This document shows, piece after piece, positions 23,571 through 38,606 of a stretch of DNA of 64,000 nt. The position numbers and the translations under genes were made by a program. Location of the stretch: NCBI GenBank assembly GCA_951406725.2, contig OX597833.1, positions 47,492,001 through 47,556,000 of the forward strand, given 5' to 3'. Numbering within the stretch: the stretch's first letter is position 1; every line of letters begins with the position of its first letter. The notes under the pieces were generated by a model. The model was given only the letters and a program-made list of their open reading frames with translations. It was not told the DNA's origin and did not search any database. This DNA is from Octopus vulgaris. Lineage: Eukaryota.

Positions 23571-25353
23571 TCTGTTTATGTATTTTCTCTTTATGCATAT
23601 GAGAAGGGCATCCAGCTGTAGAAACTCTGCCAAAGGAGATTGGAGCCTGGTGCAGCCATCTGGTTTGCCAGTCCTCAGTCAAATCGTCCAACCCATGCTA
23701 GCATGGAAAGCAGACGTTAAACGACGATGATGATGATGATGAGGAGGAGAAAAAAATGCTTATGTTGGCTTTATTCAATTAATAAATTGTAATGTCTACA
23801 TTTCACCCTTTCTTTCTTTCACTCTTTCTATCTGTACATCTGTATATTTATATGTCTGTATTCAAGTGTGTGTTTGTGTGTGACTTTGCCTCTAGCATCA
23901 AAAAGTATAGTCATCAAAGCAAGTTGAATATTCAGTGAGCCAAACCAAATTGTCAGTATTCAAACAGCTGCATCATACCATTCCATTGTCTCAGGTAGTT
24001 TGGTATCAAAAGGGTTAAAGTCGAAACTTGTTAACCCTTTTGTTACCATATTTATGTTGAAATAAACTGCTTTAATTTCAATTAATTTCAAAAATAACAA
24101 AAAATTTAGTAAAACACCTTTGTTGTTATTAAGCTGGTGTTTGGAACATAAATTTTAGTATTTAAAGCAGCCATATCCGGCCCAAATATTTTACCTATTT
24201 TATGTTCAAAGTGGCCAGATCAGGCCTTTCATACCAACGCTACAATATCATTCTAAAAATAAACAATCACATCATCAAAATCTTAAAGCTAAGAGATAAT
24301 GCATGATGAACTTTGAAAAAATGTGAATAAATATACATTAGATTTGACAGAATATCTCTGTGGAACAATTTTTGTCCTTGAGTGGCAACTGTTATTTCCT
24401 ATTTGCTTATCCCTAGAAAGTATCAAATATGGCTAATATTTCCTTTAAATTTTGCATTTGTAACATTTATTCAAATCCCAAAGAATCCTTCTCACCACAT
24501 GGCTATGATGTGTCCTTCACTACCCCTGCTCGTGATCAGAGATGCACATATTGTCAACCACTAAGGGACAAGCTCAAATGGTTATGGTCAAGCAATTGAT
24601 AAACAAATCTGTGATATTGAGAAGAATATTTGCAATAACAATATTTCTGCTTCAGCAACTCAATGATGAATCTGTCTGAAATGTAATGGAAAACAGGTCA
24701 GTTTTAAAACATTGATGTACAGCTGACAAAAGCAAACTTTGAAGGGAATAGTAATTTCCTTTGATTTCTAGATAAAAGCAAATAGGAAATAACACTTACT
24801 AATCAGACGAAAAAAATAAACAAAATCCGTAATCCGAATGCTAAAGGGTTGAAACAGAAAGTTTGTATCATACAACAAAGGACAGTTTCAGGCAGCTTGG
24901 TACCAAAAGGGTTAAAAATTCAATCAGATTTAAACAAACAAAATAAATATAAGTTTCAAATATCTTTTAATGAAGAAAAAATTACTAAAAACAAACTTTT
25001 ATTTTTGAATAATATGAAATCAATGTTTATTAAATTTAAAACAATGTTTATATCAAAGATAATATATTTAATAGTTAAAATTGTTTTCTAGGTTAAGGAG
25101 ATATATTGTCAGAAAAGAATTTCATAAAAAAATAACTAAAATTCAAAAACATTTGTATATTGAAATTATCGAAAATATCAACATCTAAAAAATATTTTTC
25201 CTGGTTTCTTTTGGGAGGAAGACCTAATGTTTCATTTGAGTTCTTGTACTGTAGAGGGGCACAGTGTATTTTAATGTGGTATGTTTATATGTTGTACTGT
25301 ATATTGATGTATGTTTAATGTTACTATAGTACATACATACATATATACACACA

Positions 25354-25396
<43 letters not shown>

Positions 25397-25923
25397 ATAT
25401 GTATATACATATATGTACATAATAGAAATATCTATAAATATATATTTATATATGTATAAATATCTATAAATATATATTTATATATGTATAAATATCTATA
25501 AATATATATTTATATATGTATAAATATCTATAAATATATATTTATATATGAATAAATATCTATAAATATATTTATTTATATATACGTGTGTATATTAATG
25601 CTTGTATATATATATATATATATATATACATATATACATATATATATATACATTAATATACACACGTATATATATATATATAGACACACAGGCGTGCAGA
25701 ACACGCATTTATATACATTATATAAACACACACATATATTTATTACATGTGTATGTGTGTTTGTATCTTCATTTGTACGCATATATATATAAATATTTAT
25801 ATATGGACATCTCTATAAATTTGTGTGTATATACGTATATGTATTTTTATTTGTTTATATTTGTATGTATATATTTAAATATATATATTTGTATATGTAT
25901 GTGTGTATGCATATATACATATT

Positions 25924-25957
<34 letters not shown>

Positions 25958-28841
25958 TATATATATATACAGACGCACATACACTATAGTGTAATATTGA
26001 TGCGGGACCTGATTGACAGTAGTGTTGAATAATGCACAGTAGTAAGAGTAATAATATCGAAAAGTAAGTTGCAGTACATTGAAAGATACTGAACTTTATC
26101 AAAGTGGTATATTGTTGTTAGTATATACTACTGTTCTGTAGCAGATGTACTAGGGTAAGGCATCTTATATTGCAGTGGGAGATATATTACACAGAGTTTT
26201 AAAAGCAAGAATTGGCTTTTCATCGTTAAGCTTCCCACATTATCTTCCTCAGCTTCTCCACTTACTAAACAGTATTTTAATGAGATCTTTGTTCCTCTCC
26301 ATACTTTATGTTGTGTAGATATACAAAAATTAGTTTTTAACACTCCCTTTTTATGTTCCTTGGAGCATTTCGTTACCTGCTTCTCAATTCTGGGGCCAAA
26401 TATTAATATCTATGCAGCCATAGAAGATAATTAGTTTTAGGATATTTAAACTCTTATGTTAACAAAAACGTTTATTTTATTGTCAGCATCAAAAGTAGAA
26501 ATTTCTAAAAGTAATTTCATCATCAGAGACTACCCACCAGATAATTATTTGGCAAATTATTTTATCGTTATCATCATTTGTGTCATCATTTTTGCCATCA
26601 CTGGTTTACGGTCCCTTTTCCTTTTCACCGAGTAAAATCATGGCTTGATCAAAGTCTATATATTTCAACAACTATCCTTTGTCATCTTACTAATGAAAAA
26701 CTTAACTTTTTAAACTTACATGTAACAACCTCTTACAAAGTGTCTTTCTGCTAGCTATCATTACTATCATTCTTCTAATATTCTCTTTCTCTTTAATAAT
26801 TTCTTTGCCTTACATATCAATAACCAGCTCTCAAACTGCTATTTTAGCCCTTCCCCATCAAATCATGATTCTTCTTCATATAACACCATATATTTAACTC
26901 ATACATCATATAACCCAAAGTCTCATCTATTGAGACAGCATACTTTTTTCAATACTTCCATTGAAGCTCTTTGCCTAGCACTTCATACCCTAAACAACAC
27001 ATTATCACGAGCTCCAGCCCTAGCACTAATTGTCCAAGTAATGAATTGGTCTGCTCTGTTCAGTAAACTATTCAAGTAGCCAATGAGCTTCATTGTTCAC
27101 ACTATTAGTAACACAAGTGTATGTAGCACTGAAGTATTTGTCCTTTTTTTATGACAATCTGAATAAAGTTAGAGCCAACTATGTCAATTAAGTGACTAAT
27201 TTACCAGTCAAAGGGTGAATGTGTAATATCTTATTGCAGTACTGTTCTGAATTTGTGGCCAACAAAATTAGCTCTTGCTGGCTCAGACCACCTAATTTTA
27301 AATAGGTGACATTGGCTAAACATATTTATTAAGTAACCAGAAACAGCTTTTCCTCCAGTACTCAAACCAGAGTCCCCATCATAGCCAATTCCCAGAGATA
27401 ACTAGAACTTCCATAGTAACCATGTCTAAAATTGGGACCCTTTGCACTGACCCCTTTTTAACCCAGGTTTCATACTTTCTTGCACTACTTTGATCAATTC
27501 TATAAAAATGAATAAATCAACTACAGCAGAAATTCTTCTTTATAATTTTCCAAGATATGGATAAAAAAAAAAAGAGATGAGCATTGTTAAATGCCTACTC
27601 AACATTGAATCCTACTTTTAGTTCACACTCATACATGCTCTAAACTGTTCATACAAGCTATTCACATACACCTAAATGTTATTATCCATTAGACTACATA
27701 ATGTTGAGGTTTTCTCACAACAGCAATCTCACTAGTATCTGTCTCACAAATACAAATGCTTAATGTTAAAGTGGATTACATAGATTTTAGAGAAGACACA
27801 TACATTAAATAATGAGGTGATTTATTCTGATTGTATAACTTTAACAGAAGTACTGTATTAGTTGCTATGTAAACAACACAATATCAAAATATACTTCAAA
27901 TTCTTCATGGCAACGTGACATCATACTTTAGGATTTCCTTAAGAGCTTATTAGTCAATCGAATTGGTATGGATACAATAGTTGGTCATTCCTAAATACAC
28001 TAGAATTGGTCAACAAAAATATCTCTCTGGACAACAGACACTGAACCCAGATTATGAGGCAATAAAGATTAGTACTCCTAACCAGCAAAAATGATGTAAA
28101 AAAACAATTATATACAAAACTTGAAAAGTTATATAATTTTCACTGGTTAAATTGTTAAAAAATATCATGCTTTCACATCTGTGTTTAATAAATTCTTTTT
28201 TATGGAAGTTATCCAGTTTAATTTTCTTTTAATGATTTTTTTTAAAGAATAATTTTAGTAATTTCATTTTTAGATACTATTTAAATGAGTAAAGTGATTT
28301 ATAGCATTAAATGACCCAGTTGTTAATGGTAGTTATTAATCTAATTGTTTCGAAGGTTACAGCTACATAATCAATCCATAGATAACTCCAAGACACTCCA
28401 ATTTACAATACTCTTCCATTCTAACTCAAACTACTTCAATAATGCCTGTTTTCATGCAATTCTTTTCTACAAGGTTAGTTTGATTTATGATAGAAACCAA
28501 TCATCATAATATTTTAAATACTGACTTTTAGCATAAGCTTCAAGTAACGGATTTTATAGTTGCAATGCAAGAAATTGCAAAAGTATGGTGTCATACCCTT
28601 CCTGCTTGCATTCACAGTGAAAGTGAAATATAGATCTCACCAAGAATCAAAGCTGGATTGTGAAAGGCAGTCATCAAAAATATTCTGAATTATTAATCTA
28701 AAAAAATCATCCTGAGCAGAGTAGATGCTAATTATATGTAAATTGGCTTTAATTAATGATTGGAGCCATTTTAATCTACCAGTTTTCTAAAGAATATAAA
28801 ACATAAGGACTTTTAATTTCTTCTCTCCTAAAAGTCTCAGG

Positions 28842-28845
<4 letters not shown>

Positions 28846-28890
<45 letters not shown>

Positions 28891-28913
28891 CATGTATATA
28901 TATTATTTATATA

Positions 28914-28958
<45 letters not shown>

Positions 28959-29241
28959 ATGTATATATATTAATTATATATAGAGGTGTATATGTATATA
29001 TATACATATATATTAATTACATATATATATTTTAATTATATATATATATGTGTATATATATATATATATACATATATTAGTTATATATAAGTGTATATAT
29101 ATACATATATATATTAATTATATATGTACACATACATATATATATATACATATATATACTTATGTGTATACATACATATATATCGATTGTATATATATTT
29201 ATGTGTATATAAATATTAATATATATATATATGTTTGTGCA

Positions 29242-29289
<48 letters not shown>

Positions 29290-29326
29290 AATACATACAT
29301 ATACATATATATATATTAATTATATA

Positions 29327-29368
<42 letters not shown>

Positions 29369-29376
29369 TGTATATG

Positions 29377-29422
<46 letters not shown>

Positions 29423-29580
29423 CAAATGGTTGTTTGTAAATATATAATTATGCTGTTACATAAAAAAGATGATTGCCCATCAAAACATTTCATTGGCAGT
29501 AAAAACATTGTTGATAGCCAGACAACTGGCAGAGAGCTTACCTGTAAGCTCTGTTTGATTCTTTGAATCTCTAATCCTGT

Positions 29581-29637
<57 letters not shown>

Positions 29638-29689
29638 CACACATATATGAATACATACATACACACATGCACACACATAAACATATATA

Positions 29690-29731
<42 letters not shown>

Positions 29732-30130
29732 AATATGCATATATATATATACATATATATATGCATACATATACATATAGACATATATATAACTTACATA
29801 TACATATATATGAATGCATGTTTATACATATATGCATATATATTCATTTATGCATATATATATATATATATGTATATAAGTACATTTAAACATATCTAAA
29901 TAGGTTTGTATATATATGTACATATATATGTATATATATCTATGCATACATAAATATATACATGCATATATAAATATATATATATATGCATATGTAAATA
30001 TATGTATGCATATATAAACTTATGTATGCATATATAAACTTATATATGCATATATAAACTTATATATGCATATATAAACTTATATATGCATATATATATA
30101 TATGCATATATGTATATGCATATATATACT

Positions 30131-30206
<76 letters not shown>

Positions 30207-30218
30207 TGCATATATATA

Positions 30219-30278
<60 letters not shown>

Positions 30279-31211
30279 TATATATATGCATATATGTATA
30301 TATATATATATATAAATAAATATATACACATATATATATATATATTACATATATAAGATATGAGAAGAATGTATTATGATAATCGAATTAATATTTGGAT
30401 AAACTCCCATAAAGAAGTTTTTATATATTAGATATACTTAAAAAAAAAAATTCACACAAAAAGTAATGAATACACTTATGTAAATCATAATCCAAAATTT
30501 ATAACATGCTATATTAAAATAGAAAGCTCATAAATACTAAGAATTCTATGAAATTTACTTATTGTTTTTGTTTTTTGTTCCTTCCTGCCACTTATGAAAA
30601 CAATTTGGTCATTGTTTCTAAAGTTACATTATTACATACAGTAAGATGAGACTGTAAAAGAGAATCATGCTTGGTCATGTGATCAAGAATCAATTGAAAT
30701 TCCTCATTAGTGAAATATTTTTGAAATGAAGCAGATTGAATAATTTTTTGGCCAATTATAAAAAAAAGAAAAAAAAAAGAAAAAAAGAAAGAAAGAAATG
30801 ATAATACAAATGCAGGGTCATATAAAGGAATTGAAATATTTGTTGTGACTATTCGATTCCAACTAATGAAAAACCGATACAAAATTGGTAAATGTCTTCT
30901 GATTGTATTGTCAATTATTATTATTATTTTTTTTTTATTTCATGATTACTGAACTGAAGATATTAACTTATATTAAATTATTTCTGAAGAGACACTCTAC
31001 AACTAGAACTATATTAGTAGACAATAATACATATATGCATACATGCATAGATACATATATATGTGTGTGTGTACATGTGTGTAGGAATATACACTACACA
31101 CACATATATATATATATATAAATATTTATATATATATATACATACATATATATATAAATACATATATATATACATACATATATATATATATATAAATACA
31201 TATATATATAT

Positions 31212-31242
<31 letters not shown>

Positions 31243-31329
31243 CATACATACATATATACATACATACATACATATATATATATATATACATATATATATA
31301 CATACATATATATATAAATATATACGTAC

Positions 31330-31423
<94 letters not shown>

Positions 31424-31440
31424 GCATTTACACACACACA
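28846..31440. repeat. Long (TA)n/(TACA)n low-complexity tracts
   Basis: Interrupted dinucleotide and tetranucleotide microsatellites at 28846-29420, 29586-30355 and 31030-31440. Confidence 0.95.
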
Positions 31441-32162
31441 TTCTTGCTTACTTTGTCATTAAAGCACTGCATGGATAAGAACAAACTATAGTCTGTAGAA
31501 TCCCAAAATAGTAACTTCTTTTCAATAAGAATGGGTAAAATTCTACTGCCATAAGAATTTAATCTTATTCACATGCAGAAGCTTAAAGGTAACACATCTT
31601 TCTTCTGAAATTAGAAAAAATTACACTACAATAAAACGTAATGGAATAGAGACTTGAATTGTAAAATGGAATTAACTAATATATGATTTTTAAAAATATG
31701 TGTTATATTTCACAAAGAAATGAATAATGGTGAATATTTCTATGATTAAACATTAAATATTTAAACCAAATGGCCATTCTTCATTTTTATTAAAAATTTC
31801 ATCTAAATATTTTAACTTATGATGACATTTGATGAGATAAAAGAGTTTAGATAACAATTCTCAAAGAAAAAAGCTTTACAGATGTATATTTGTAAAAATT
31901 GTGGCGATTGTTTAAAAAGTGCTTTCATTCCCAAATTGTGTTTTGAACAATTTCTGCAAAAAGAATATCCAGTGTAACCAGGAATGGAAAAGTGGTGAAT
32001 AGCAAGGGCTTTTTCATTGAATATACCATCTTGGCAAAAGCTTGAAATGTTTTACACATAAAGTGTAAAGAATGGAGTTTTGCCTTTATTATTCCTCAGT
32101 TACAAGTCATAAACTATAATAATAGCATTTGTTGCTGCTGCCGTTTAACAGTATGTTTTTTC

Positions 32163-32389
32163 TCAACAAGATTTCACCTCTTCAATTTCTTCATCACTAA
32201 GTTCTTCCTCAATTTTCTCATCTATTACTGCTTCATTTGGACTTGTGATTATTTCTCTTTGTATCCGGTGCCGCCGTTTTGCAATTGGAGGGATGTATAG
32301 AATAAAATGCAGCAAACCTCCACATATAATCAGTATTCCACCCATTTGAAATGCTGAGTCGTATTTTTTGGTTGAATCATATATAGCAC
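32163..32389 (-). CDS. Monocarboxylate transporter (SLC16/MCT-like MFS), last coding exon
   Basis: Acceptor tttcacag| then (G)AIYDSTKKYDSAFQMGGILIICGGLLHFILYIPPIAKRRHR…VKSC*; final TM helix plus charged tail; phase 1 matches the preceding exon. Confidence 0.92.
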
Positions 32390-32495
32390 CTGTGAAACGA
32401 GAACAGCATAAAAGAAAAAATCATTAACAAAATTATACTTTGTCTAATAATAAGTGGATTGCTTATAAGGTGGCAAGCTGGCAGACACCTAGGCA

Positions 32496-32878
32496 TCTCT
32501 CTCTATATAAACGGCAGTTTGTCTGTGCGTGTTTCTGTGTGTCTGTTTGCTTGTACCCTCACCCTGACCACGGCTTTCAACCGATTCTGATGAAACTTGA
32601 CACACACATAGCCCAATGTCATAATTCAAAACTAACGTAGCGAAAATTTTGAAAAGTTCCCCCAGTTCTGAAAAAATCGATAAATTCGACATGGGGTCGA
32701 GAATCAGAAACACAAACCGCAAACTGTCTAGGGGACGCAACTCCACCTTTTTTCACTCTCAAAAGAAATTTAACATCATTTTTTTCCATTTTTTTGCTAT
32801 TTTTTGGCTATAACTCTCTAAAAATGCTTTATAGTTATTTCCCTTACAAACCTGAGCAACGCCGGACGATACTGCTAG
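32496..32878 (+). mobile_element. Non-autonomous Helitron inserted into a family-B SINE
   Basis: Starts with TC after A and ends with a GC-rich subterminal segment plus CTAG before T; no TSD. SINE halves lie at 32467-32495 and 32879-33065. Confidence 0.85.
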
Positions 32879-33249
32879 TATCAGATAAAATGCTTAGTGA
32901 CATTTCATTCATCTTTATGTTCTGAGTTCAAATTCCACCAAGGTTGACTTTACCTTTTATCCTCCTAGAGTTGATAAAATAAGTACCAGTCAAGCACAGG
33001 GGGCAATGTAATCAAGTAGCCCCTTCTCCGAAATTGCTGGCCTTGTGTCAAAATTTGAAATCAATAAGTAGTAAAAAATTTACACCTAGTAAAATGGGCA
33101 ATACTAGTAGCAGGAAGAGAAGGTAAAAATGTGGATGAAAAGTGAACAATTTAGTATTTCAGTCAAAGACATGAAAAAATTGTTGTATGGATCTGTCAAA
33201 ACCCATGATGATGATGGCAATGAGAATTTCAAAGAACAGTGGGATAATA

Positions 33250-34375
33250 ATAATAAAACTATTAAAATGAAAGTGAAAGTTGAGAAGGAGTACATCAAAA
33301 GTATGAAGAAGTTAAGAAAGTCAAAGTTAAATGGCCTGAATATAGGGAAAGCTGTAAATACTTGAGCAGTATTACTACTTAGATATGCAGCAGCTTTTGT
33401 AGATTGGACAAAATTTGAATAAGCAAAACAGGACAGAAGAACTGGGAGGGAATTCAATATGAATGGAGAACTTCATCCAAGGGCAGGAGTAGCAAGACTA
33501 TATTTACCTAGAAAGGAAGGTGGTAGAGGTTTAATATCAACAGAAGACTGTGCAGAGTTAGCTAGAGTAGATATAGCCTTCTATGTCGGTAATAGTGAAG
33601 AAAGTTTATTAAGAGCTACAAGAGTCACAGTAGGACATAGGGAAACCAAAAAGCTAAATGAAGTTGAAAACCAGAAAAAAGAAGAAAGATTATCTGATTG
33701 GCAAAAGAAGGCTTTGCATAGCATATTTCCAAAGATAGTAGCAGAAAATAGAAATAGTGAGGCATGCTTGAAGTTGCAGAAAGAAAGGCTGAAAAGGGAG
33801 ACAGAAAGTTTGTAAGTAGCAGCACAAGATCAAACATTGAAGACTAATTGGTTAAAAGCCAAGATAGACAAAAATCTGGTATATTCCCAATGTAGGTTAT
33901 GTAAATCAAAGGAGGAAAGTGTTACTCATATAGTTAGTGAATATAGTATGATGGCACAGAAAGAATACAAGAAAAGATGTGATAACCTAAGGACGATAAT
34001 CCACTGGAAGTTATGTAGAAAGCTAGGATTTGACCTTACTGATAAATGGTATAAACATGAACGTATTAAAGTGTCAGAAAGATTTTAACATTCAGACTGA
34101 CAGATTAATAGAAGCTAGAAGGCCTCATTTAGTAGTAATAGGCAAAGAGAATAGAAAGTACCAGGTAATTGATTTGACAGTCCCAAATGATGAGAGGTAT
34201 AGAGAAAATAGCAAAGTACCACGACCTAACCATTGAGTTATAGAGACTATGGAAAGTGCGGGTAAAATGTATCCCTATAGTTATAGGTGAATTAGGATAG
34301 AGGTATAAAACCTAGTTTAGTGCAGCTCCAGAAAACAGTATTATTAAGGACAGCTAAGATACTTAGGAAGGTAAA
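33250..34375 (+). mobile_element. R4/Dong-clade non-LTR retrotransposon 3' fragment (RT thumb, zinc knuckle, restriction-like endonuclease), decayed
   Basis: LHPRAGVARLYLPRKEGGRGL, LKRETESL.VAAQDQ, CRLCKSKEESVTHIVSE, WKLCRK, DFNIQTDRLIEARRPHLVV, LQKTVLLRTAKILRKV, with stops and frameshifts. Confidence 0.88.
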
Positions 34376-34679
34376 TTCTTGTAGCCCAATTTTAGGAATT
34401 TTTTTCCAACAGTCTAATCTGTTGTACACAAATGCAATAATAAATTGCTTCAAATTTTGTCGCAAGGCCAGCTGTTTTGGGGGCAAAGGGTTAGTTGATT
34501 TCATCAATCCCAGTACTTGACTGATACTTTATTTTATCAACCCCAAAAGGATGACAACCAAAGTTGACTTTAGCAGGATTTGAACTCAGAATGTAAAAAG
34601 TTGGAAAAAATATCAAAATTATTTTTTCTTAACAATTCTGCCAGATCACCATTCTTATAATAAGAGTAATAGTAATAAA

Positions 34680-35300
34680 AATTCTTTTTACTGAAGGCAC
34701 AAGACCTTAAGTTTTGGTGGTAGAGACTAGTCAATTACAATTGACTGTGGAGAGAGGAAAGGCAAAGTTGACCTCAACAGAACTTGAACTCAGAATGTGA
34801 GGACAGATGAAATACCTATTTTTTTACTACCCACAAGGGGCTAAACATAGAGAGGGCAAACAAGCACAGACAAACGGATTAAGTCGATTATATCAACCCC
34901 AGTGCGTAACTGGTACTTATTTAATCGACCCCGAAAGGATGAAAGGTAAAGTCAACCTCGACGGAATTTGAACTCAGAACATAACAGCAGACAAAATACC
35001 TATTTCTTTACTACCCACAAGGGGCTAAACACAGAGAGGACAAACAAGGACAGACAAACGGATTAAGTCGATTATATCAACCCCAGTGCGTAACTGGTAT
35101 TTATTTAATCGACCCCAAAAGGATGAAAGGCAAAGTCGACCTCGCGGAATTTGAACTCAGAAGGTAACAATGGGTGAAATGCCGCTGAACATTTCGCCCG
35201 GTGTGCTAATGTTTCTGCCAGCTCACAGCCTTAACAGATAAAATACCACTAAGCATTTTTTGTCCAGCTTGCAAACAATACTGCCAACTTGCCACCTTAA
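34680..35300 (-). mobile_element. Young two-unit family-B SINE nested in an older family-B SINE
   Basis: Old head at 35298-35248, duplicated target ggtattt(t/c)atctgt at 35247-35234 and 34816-34803, old tail below 34800. Confidence 0.75.
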
Positions 35301-35521
35301 TAAAATCTTTTCTGTGATAGAAACAAGACCGGAAGTTTTAAGGTAGGTGTTTAGTCAATTACATTGACCCTCCAATGTTCAAATGGTAATTGTCTTATTG
35401 ATCCCGAAAAGATGAAAGGCAAAGTAGACCCTGGTGGAATTTGGACCCGGAATATAAAACAAGATGAAAAACCACTAAGCATTTTAGCCAGCATGCTAAT
35501 GAGTCTGCAACTCACCACCTT

Positions 35522-35554
<33 letters not shown>

Positions 35555-35854
35555 TCTTGGAGGTTTGGACAATTCCCCTTTGGAAACATTGGTAGTTCGT
35601 TCGACATCCTTAAACAATCCTTATTCAAAGACCTTTTGAGCAGGATCGGCTACTCGACCAGAAGAAAATTCTAACTGGGCTCCACCTGCAAGGTCATGTG
35701 CTGTTTATCTTGTTATGATCACCATGGCGCGCACATATGGTTGTGATGTATGTGCCTGGTGTACCCTTATCAGACGGGTAGTCATGATAGGTATGCTGGG
35801 CTTCGTATATTTTACCCCAGTGTCACTTTGATGGCATGCACTGCTCTCTCACTC

Positions 35855-35890
<36 letters not shown>

Positions 35891-37068
35891 CTTTTCTATT
35901 AAAGACACAAGGCTTGAAATTTGGGGGAAGGGGATTAGTCAATTGTACTGACCCCAGTGTTCAACTGGTACCTATTTTATTGACACTGAAAGAAAGAAAG
36001 GCAAAGTCAGCCTCGGTGGAATTTGAACTCAGAACAGTAAGACAGATGAAATGTCGCTAAGCATTTTGCCTAGCATGCTAAAACAATTCTTTCAGCTTCC
36101 TGCTTCATAGTGATATTGATTTCAAATTTTGACACAAGGCCAGCAATTTTAGGGGAAGGGATAAGTTGATACCATTAGACCCCAGTGCTTCACTGGTAGT
36201 TATTTTATTGATCCTGAAAGGATGAAAAGCAAAGCCAACCTGGGTAGAATTTGAATTCAGAATGTGCAGACAGATGAAATGTTACTAAGCATTTTGCCTG
36301 GTGTGCTAAGGATTCTACCAGTTTGCCACTTTATGATAATAATAATAATAATAATGCCTGGGACCCCCTTCGGTCACGACACTGACCATGGGATTGCACC
36401 TAGAAAGTTACCCTCCTAGTCACAAGTCTGGGCAAGGTGGTTTATGGAAGACCAGCAGTCGTCCATGCATACCGGCCTCCCCTCCCCACGCCACCAGTGT
36501 TATCCAAGGGAAAGGCAAAGACCAACACAGCTTGGCACCAGTGATGTTGCAACTCATTTCTACAGCTGAGTGAACTGGAGCAACATGAAATAAAGTATCT
36601 TAATCAAGAACACAACACGCAGCCCAGTCCGGGATTCGAGCTCAGAACCTCACGATCGTAAGCTCGACGCTCTAACTACTGAACCATGTGCCTTCACTTA
36701 ATAATAATATTAATCATCATCATCATTTAACGTCCGCTTTCCATGCTAGTATGGGTTGGACGATTTGACTGAGGACTGGCGCACCAGATGGCTGCACCAG
36801 GCTCCAATCTGATCTGACAGAGTTTCTACAGGTGGATGCTATTCCTAATGTCAACCACTCCGAGAGTGTAGTGGGTGTTTTTATGTGCCACCGGCACGGG
36901 GGCCAGTCATTCGGTACTGGCAACAGCCACGCTCAAATGGTGTTTTTTACATGCCACCTGCACAGGAGCCAGTCCAGCGGTACTGGCGACCTTGCTCGAA
37001 TGTTTTTTTCATGTGCCAGTAAGGCGACACTGGTAACGATCACGCTTGAATGGTGCTTTTTACATGCC

Positions 37069-37118
<50 letters not shown>

Positions 37119-37135
37119 CAACAACAACTACTTAC

Positions 37136-37261
37136 CAGCCAAAGGTGGTCCAATGATGGTTGATATTCCTCTAACCAATGACAAGAGTCCGAAAGCATTT
37201 GTGAGCTTATCCAAACCCAAGAGATCACAGATGATAATGGAAGTTAATGATATAAATGCAG
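37136..37261 (-). CDS. SLC16/MCT-like transporter, penultimate coding exon (absent from the ORF track)
   Basis: tttttag|…|gtaagt; 126 nt, phase 1-1; (A)[41 protein letters not shown](G), a typical MCT TM10-11 segment. Confidence 0.93.
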
Positions 37262-37654
37262 CTAAAAAACAGCAAAAAAAAAAAAAAAAAAAGCCCAGTA
37301 AATTGTTTGTTCATACATTTCAAAAATTACCTAATTGCCTAACCCTTAAATTACCTAACACTAACCCTTAACCCCTTTGTTACCATATTTCTGTTGATAC
37401 ACTGCCTTTAGTTCATTAATTTTGAAAATATTGAAGAATTTAGTAAAATAACTTCGTCATTAAGGTGTAAGAGTGGCTGTGTGGTAAGTAGCTTGCTTAG
37501 GATCCACATGGTTCCAGGTTCAGTCCCACTGTGTAGCACCTTGGGCAAGTGTCTTCTACTAAAGCCTCGGGCCGACCAAAGCCTTGTGCGTGGATTTGGT
37601 AGACGAAAACTGAAAGAAGCCTGTCGTATATATGTATGTATGTATATATGTATG

Positions 37655-37701
<47 letters not shown>

Positions 37702-37953
37702 GTATGTGCATATGTATGAGTTCATGCATGTGTGTGTAAGTATATGCCTGTATGTGCATGTGCATGCAATGTATGCAGTGTGTGCATATGTAGACATGTG
37801 AATGTGCAATGTATGTTGTTTGAGCAAATCTCATTCTCACTGGATGGCCTTCCCACTGATAACCACTCAAATATATTGTAGGAGAACTATTTTTTCCTGA
37901 CAATTTGTAAGATAACAAATTATTGCAACTCACTCTGAACTCAAGACATTTCA

Positions 37954-38362
37954 TTTCGGTTTGAACGGCAGTTTTTTCTAGCAGTGTCATATGAAATTGT
38001 CACCCATAATTAAGACTCTAGTATCAATCTATTGCATTTCAATCTATTTTAGAGTTAGGGTTAGGGGTGGGGGAAGGGTATCTTTTTTTCTTCAGAAATG
38101 TAAATAAACCCAATCTGTTTCTTAAATGAGGGACATTTTCATATGGCAGAGAATGTTTTCAACTCAATAGGCATCATTGATTGGTTGAAATTGCAGAAAT
38201 TGAAGAAAAAAACAACAAATATCTTACAAACTATAGAATTTTCTCAATAAAGCCAAGAGAAAAAGATGTTTTATAAACACATTCTACCAGTATACGAAGT
38301 TTAAAAGTGTTTAGTTACATGGAAATTATGTTAAAAAACTGCCATTCAAACCGAAAAGATCC
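37954..38362. mobile_element. GGATC MITE (intronic, one end clipped)
   Basis: Matches 13057-13457; right TIR ttcaaaccgaaaagatcc. Confidence 0.8.
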
Positions 38363-38426
38363 CAATATAGTCCCAAATTCAGGTACAATACTAAAAATAA
38401 AAGCAATTTTTTTTTTTTTTACTCAC

Positions 38427-38606
38427 CTGCAAAGAGACCGAAAACACTCGCATAAATGCATAAAGTTGCATAATTGTTACAAAATAAACTGAGACAGGTT
38501 GCGATGCCCGTAACAAGCAGAGCAATATTATTGATCAATAAACTGTCTACTTTCCGAAGATCTGCAAGAAAACCAGTAACCACCCGACCAATGGTATTTG
38601 TAATAC
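38427..38606 (-). CDS. SLC16/MCT-like transporter, internal exon
   Basis: ttttcag|…|gtgagt; 180 nt, phase 1-1; (G)ITNTIGRVVTGFLADLRKVDSLLINNIALLVTGIATCLSLFCNNYATLCIYASVFGLFA, containing the conserved TM8 GR…G…D motif. Confidence 0.93.

Noticed and set aside
28846-31441. Many ORFs rich in YI/HT/CV dipeptides (also at 4.8, 25.6, 40.7 and 42.6-44 kb)
   Set aside because: Translations of (TA)n/(CA)n microsatellites.
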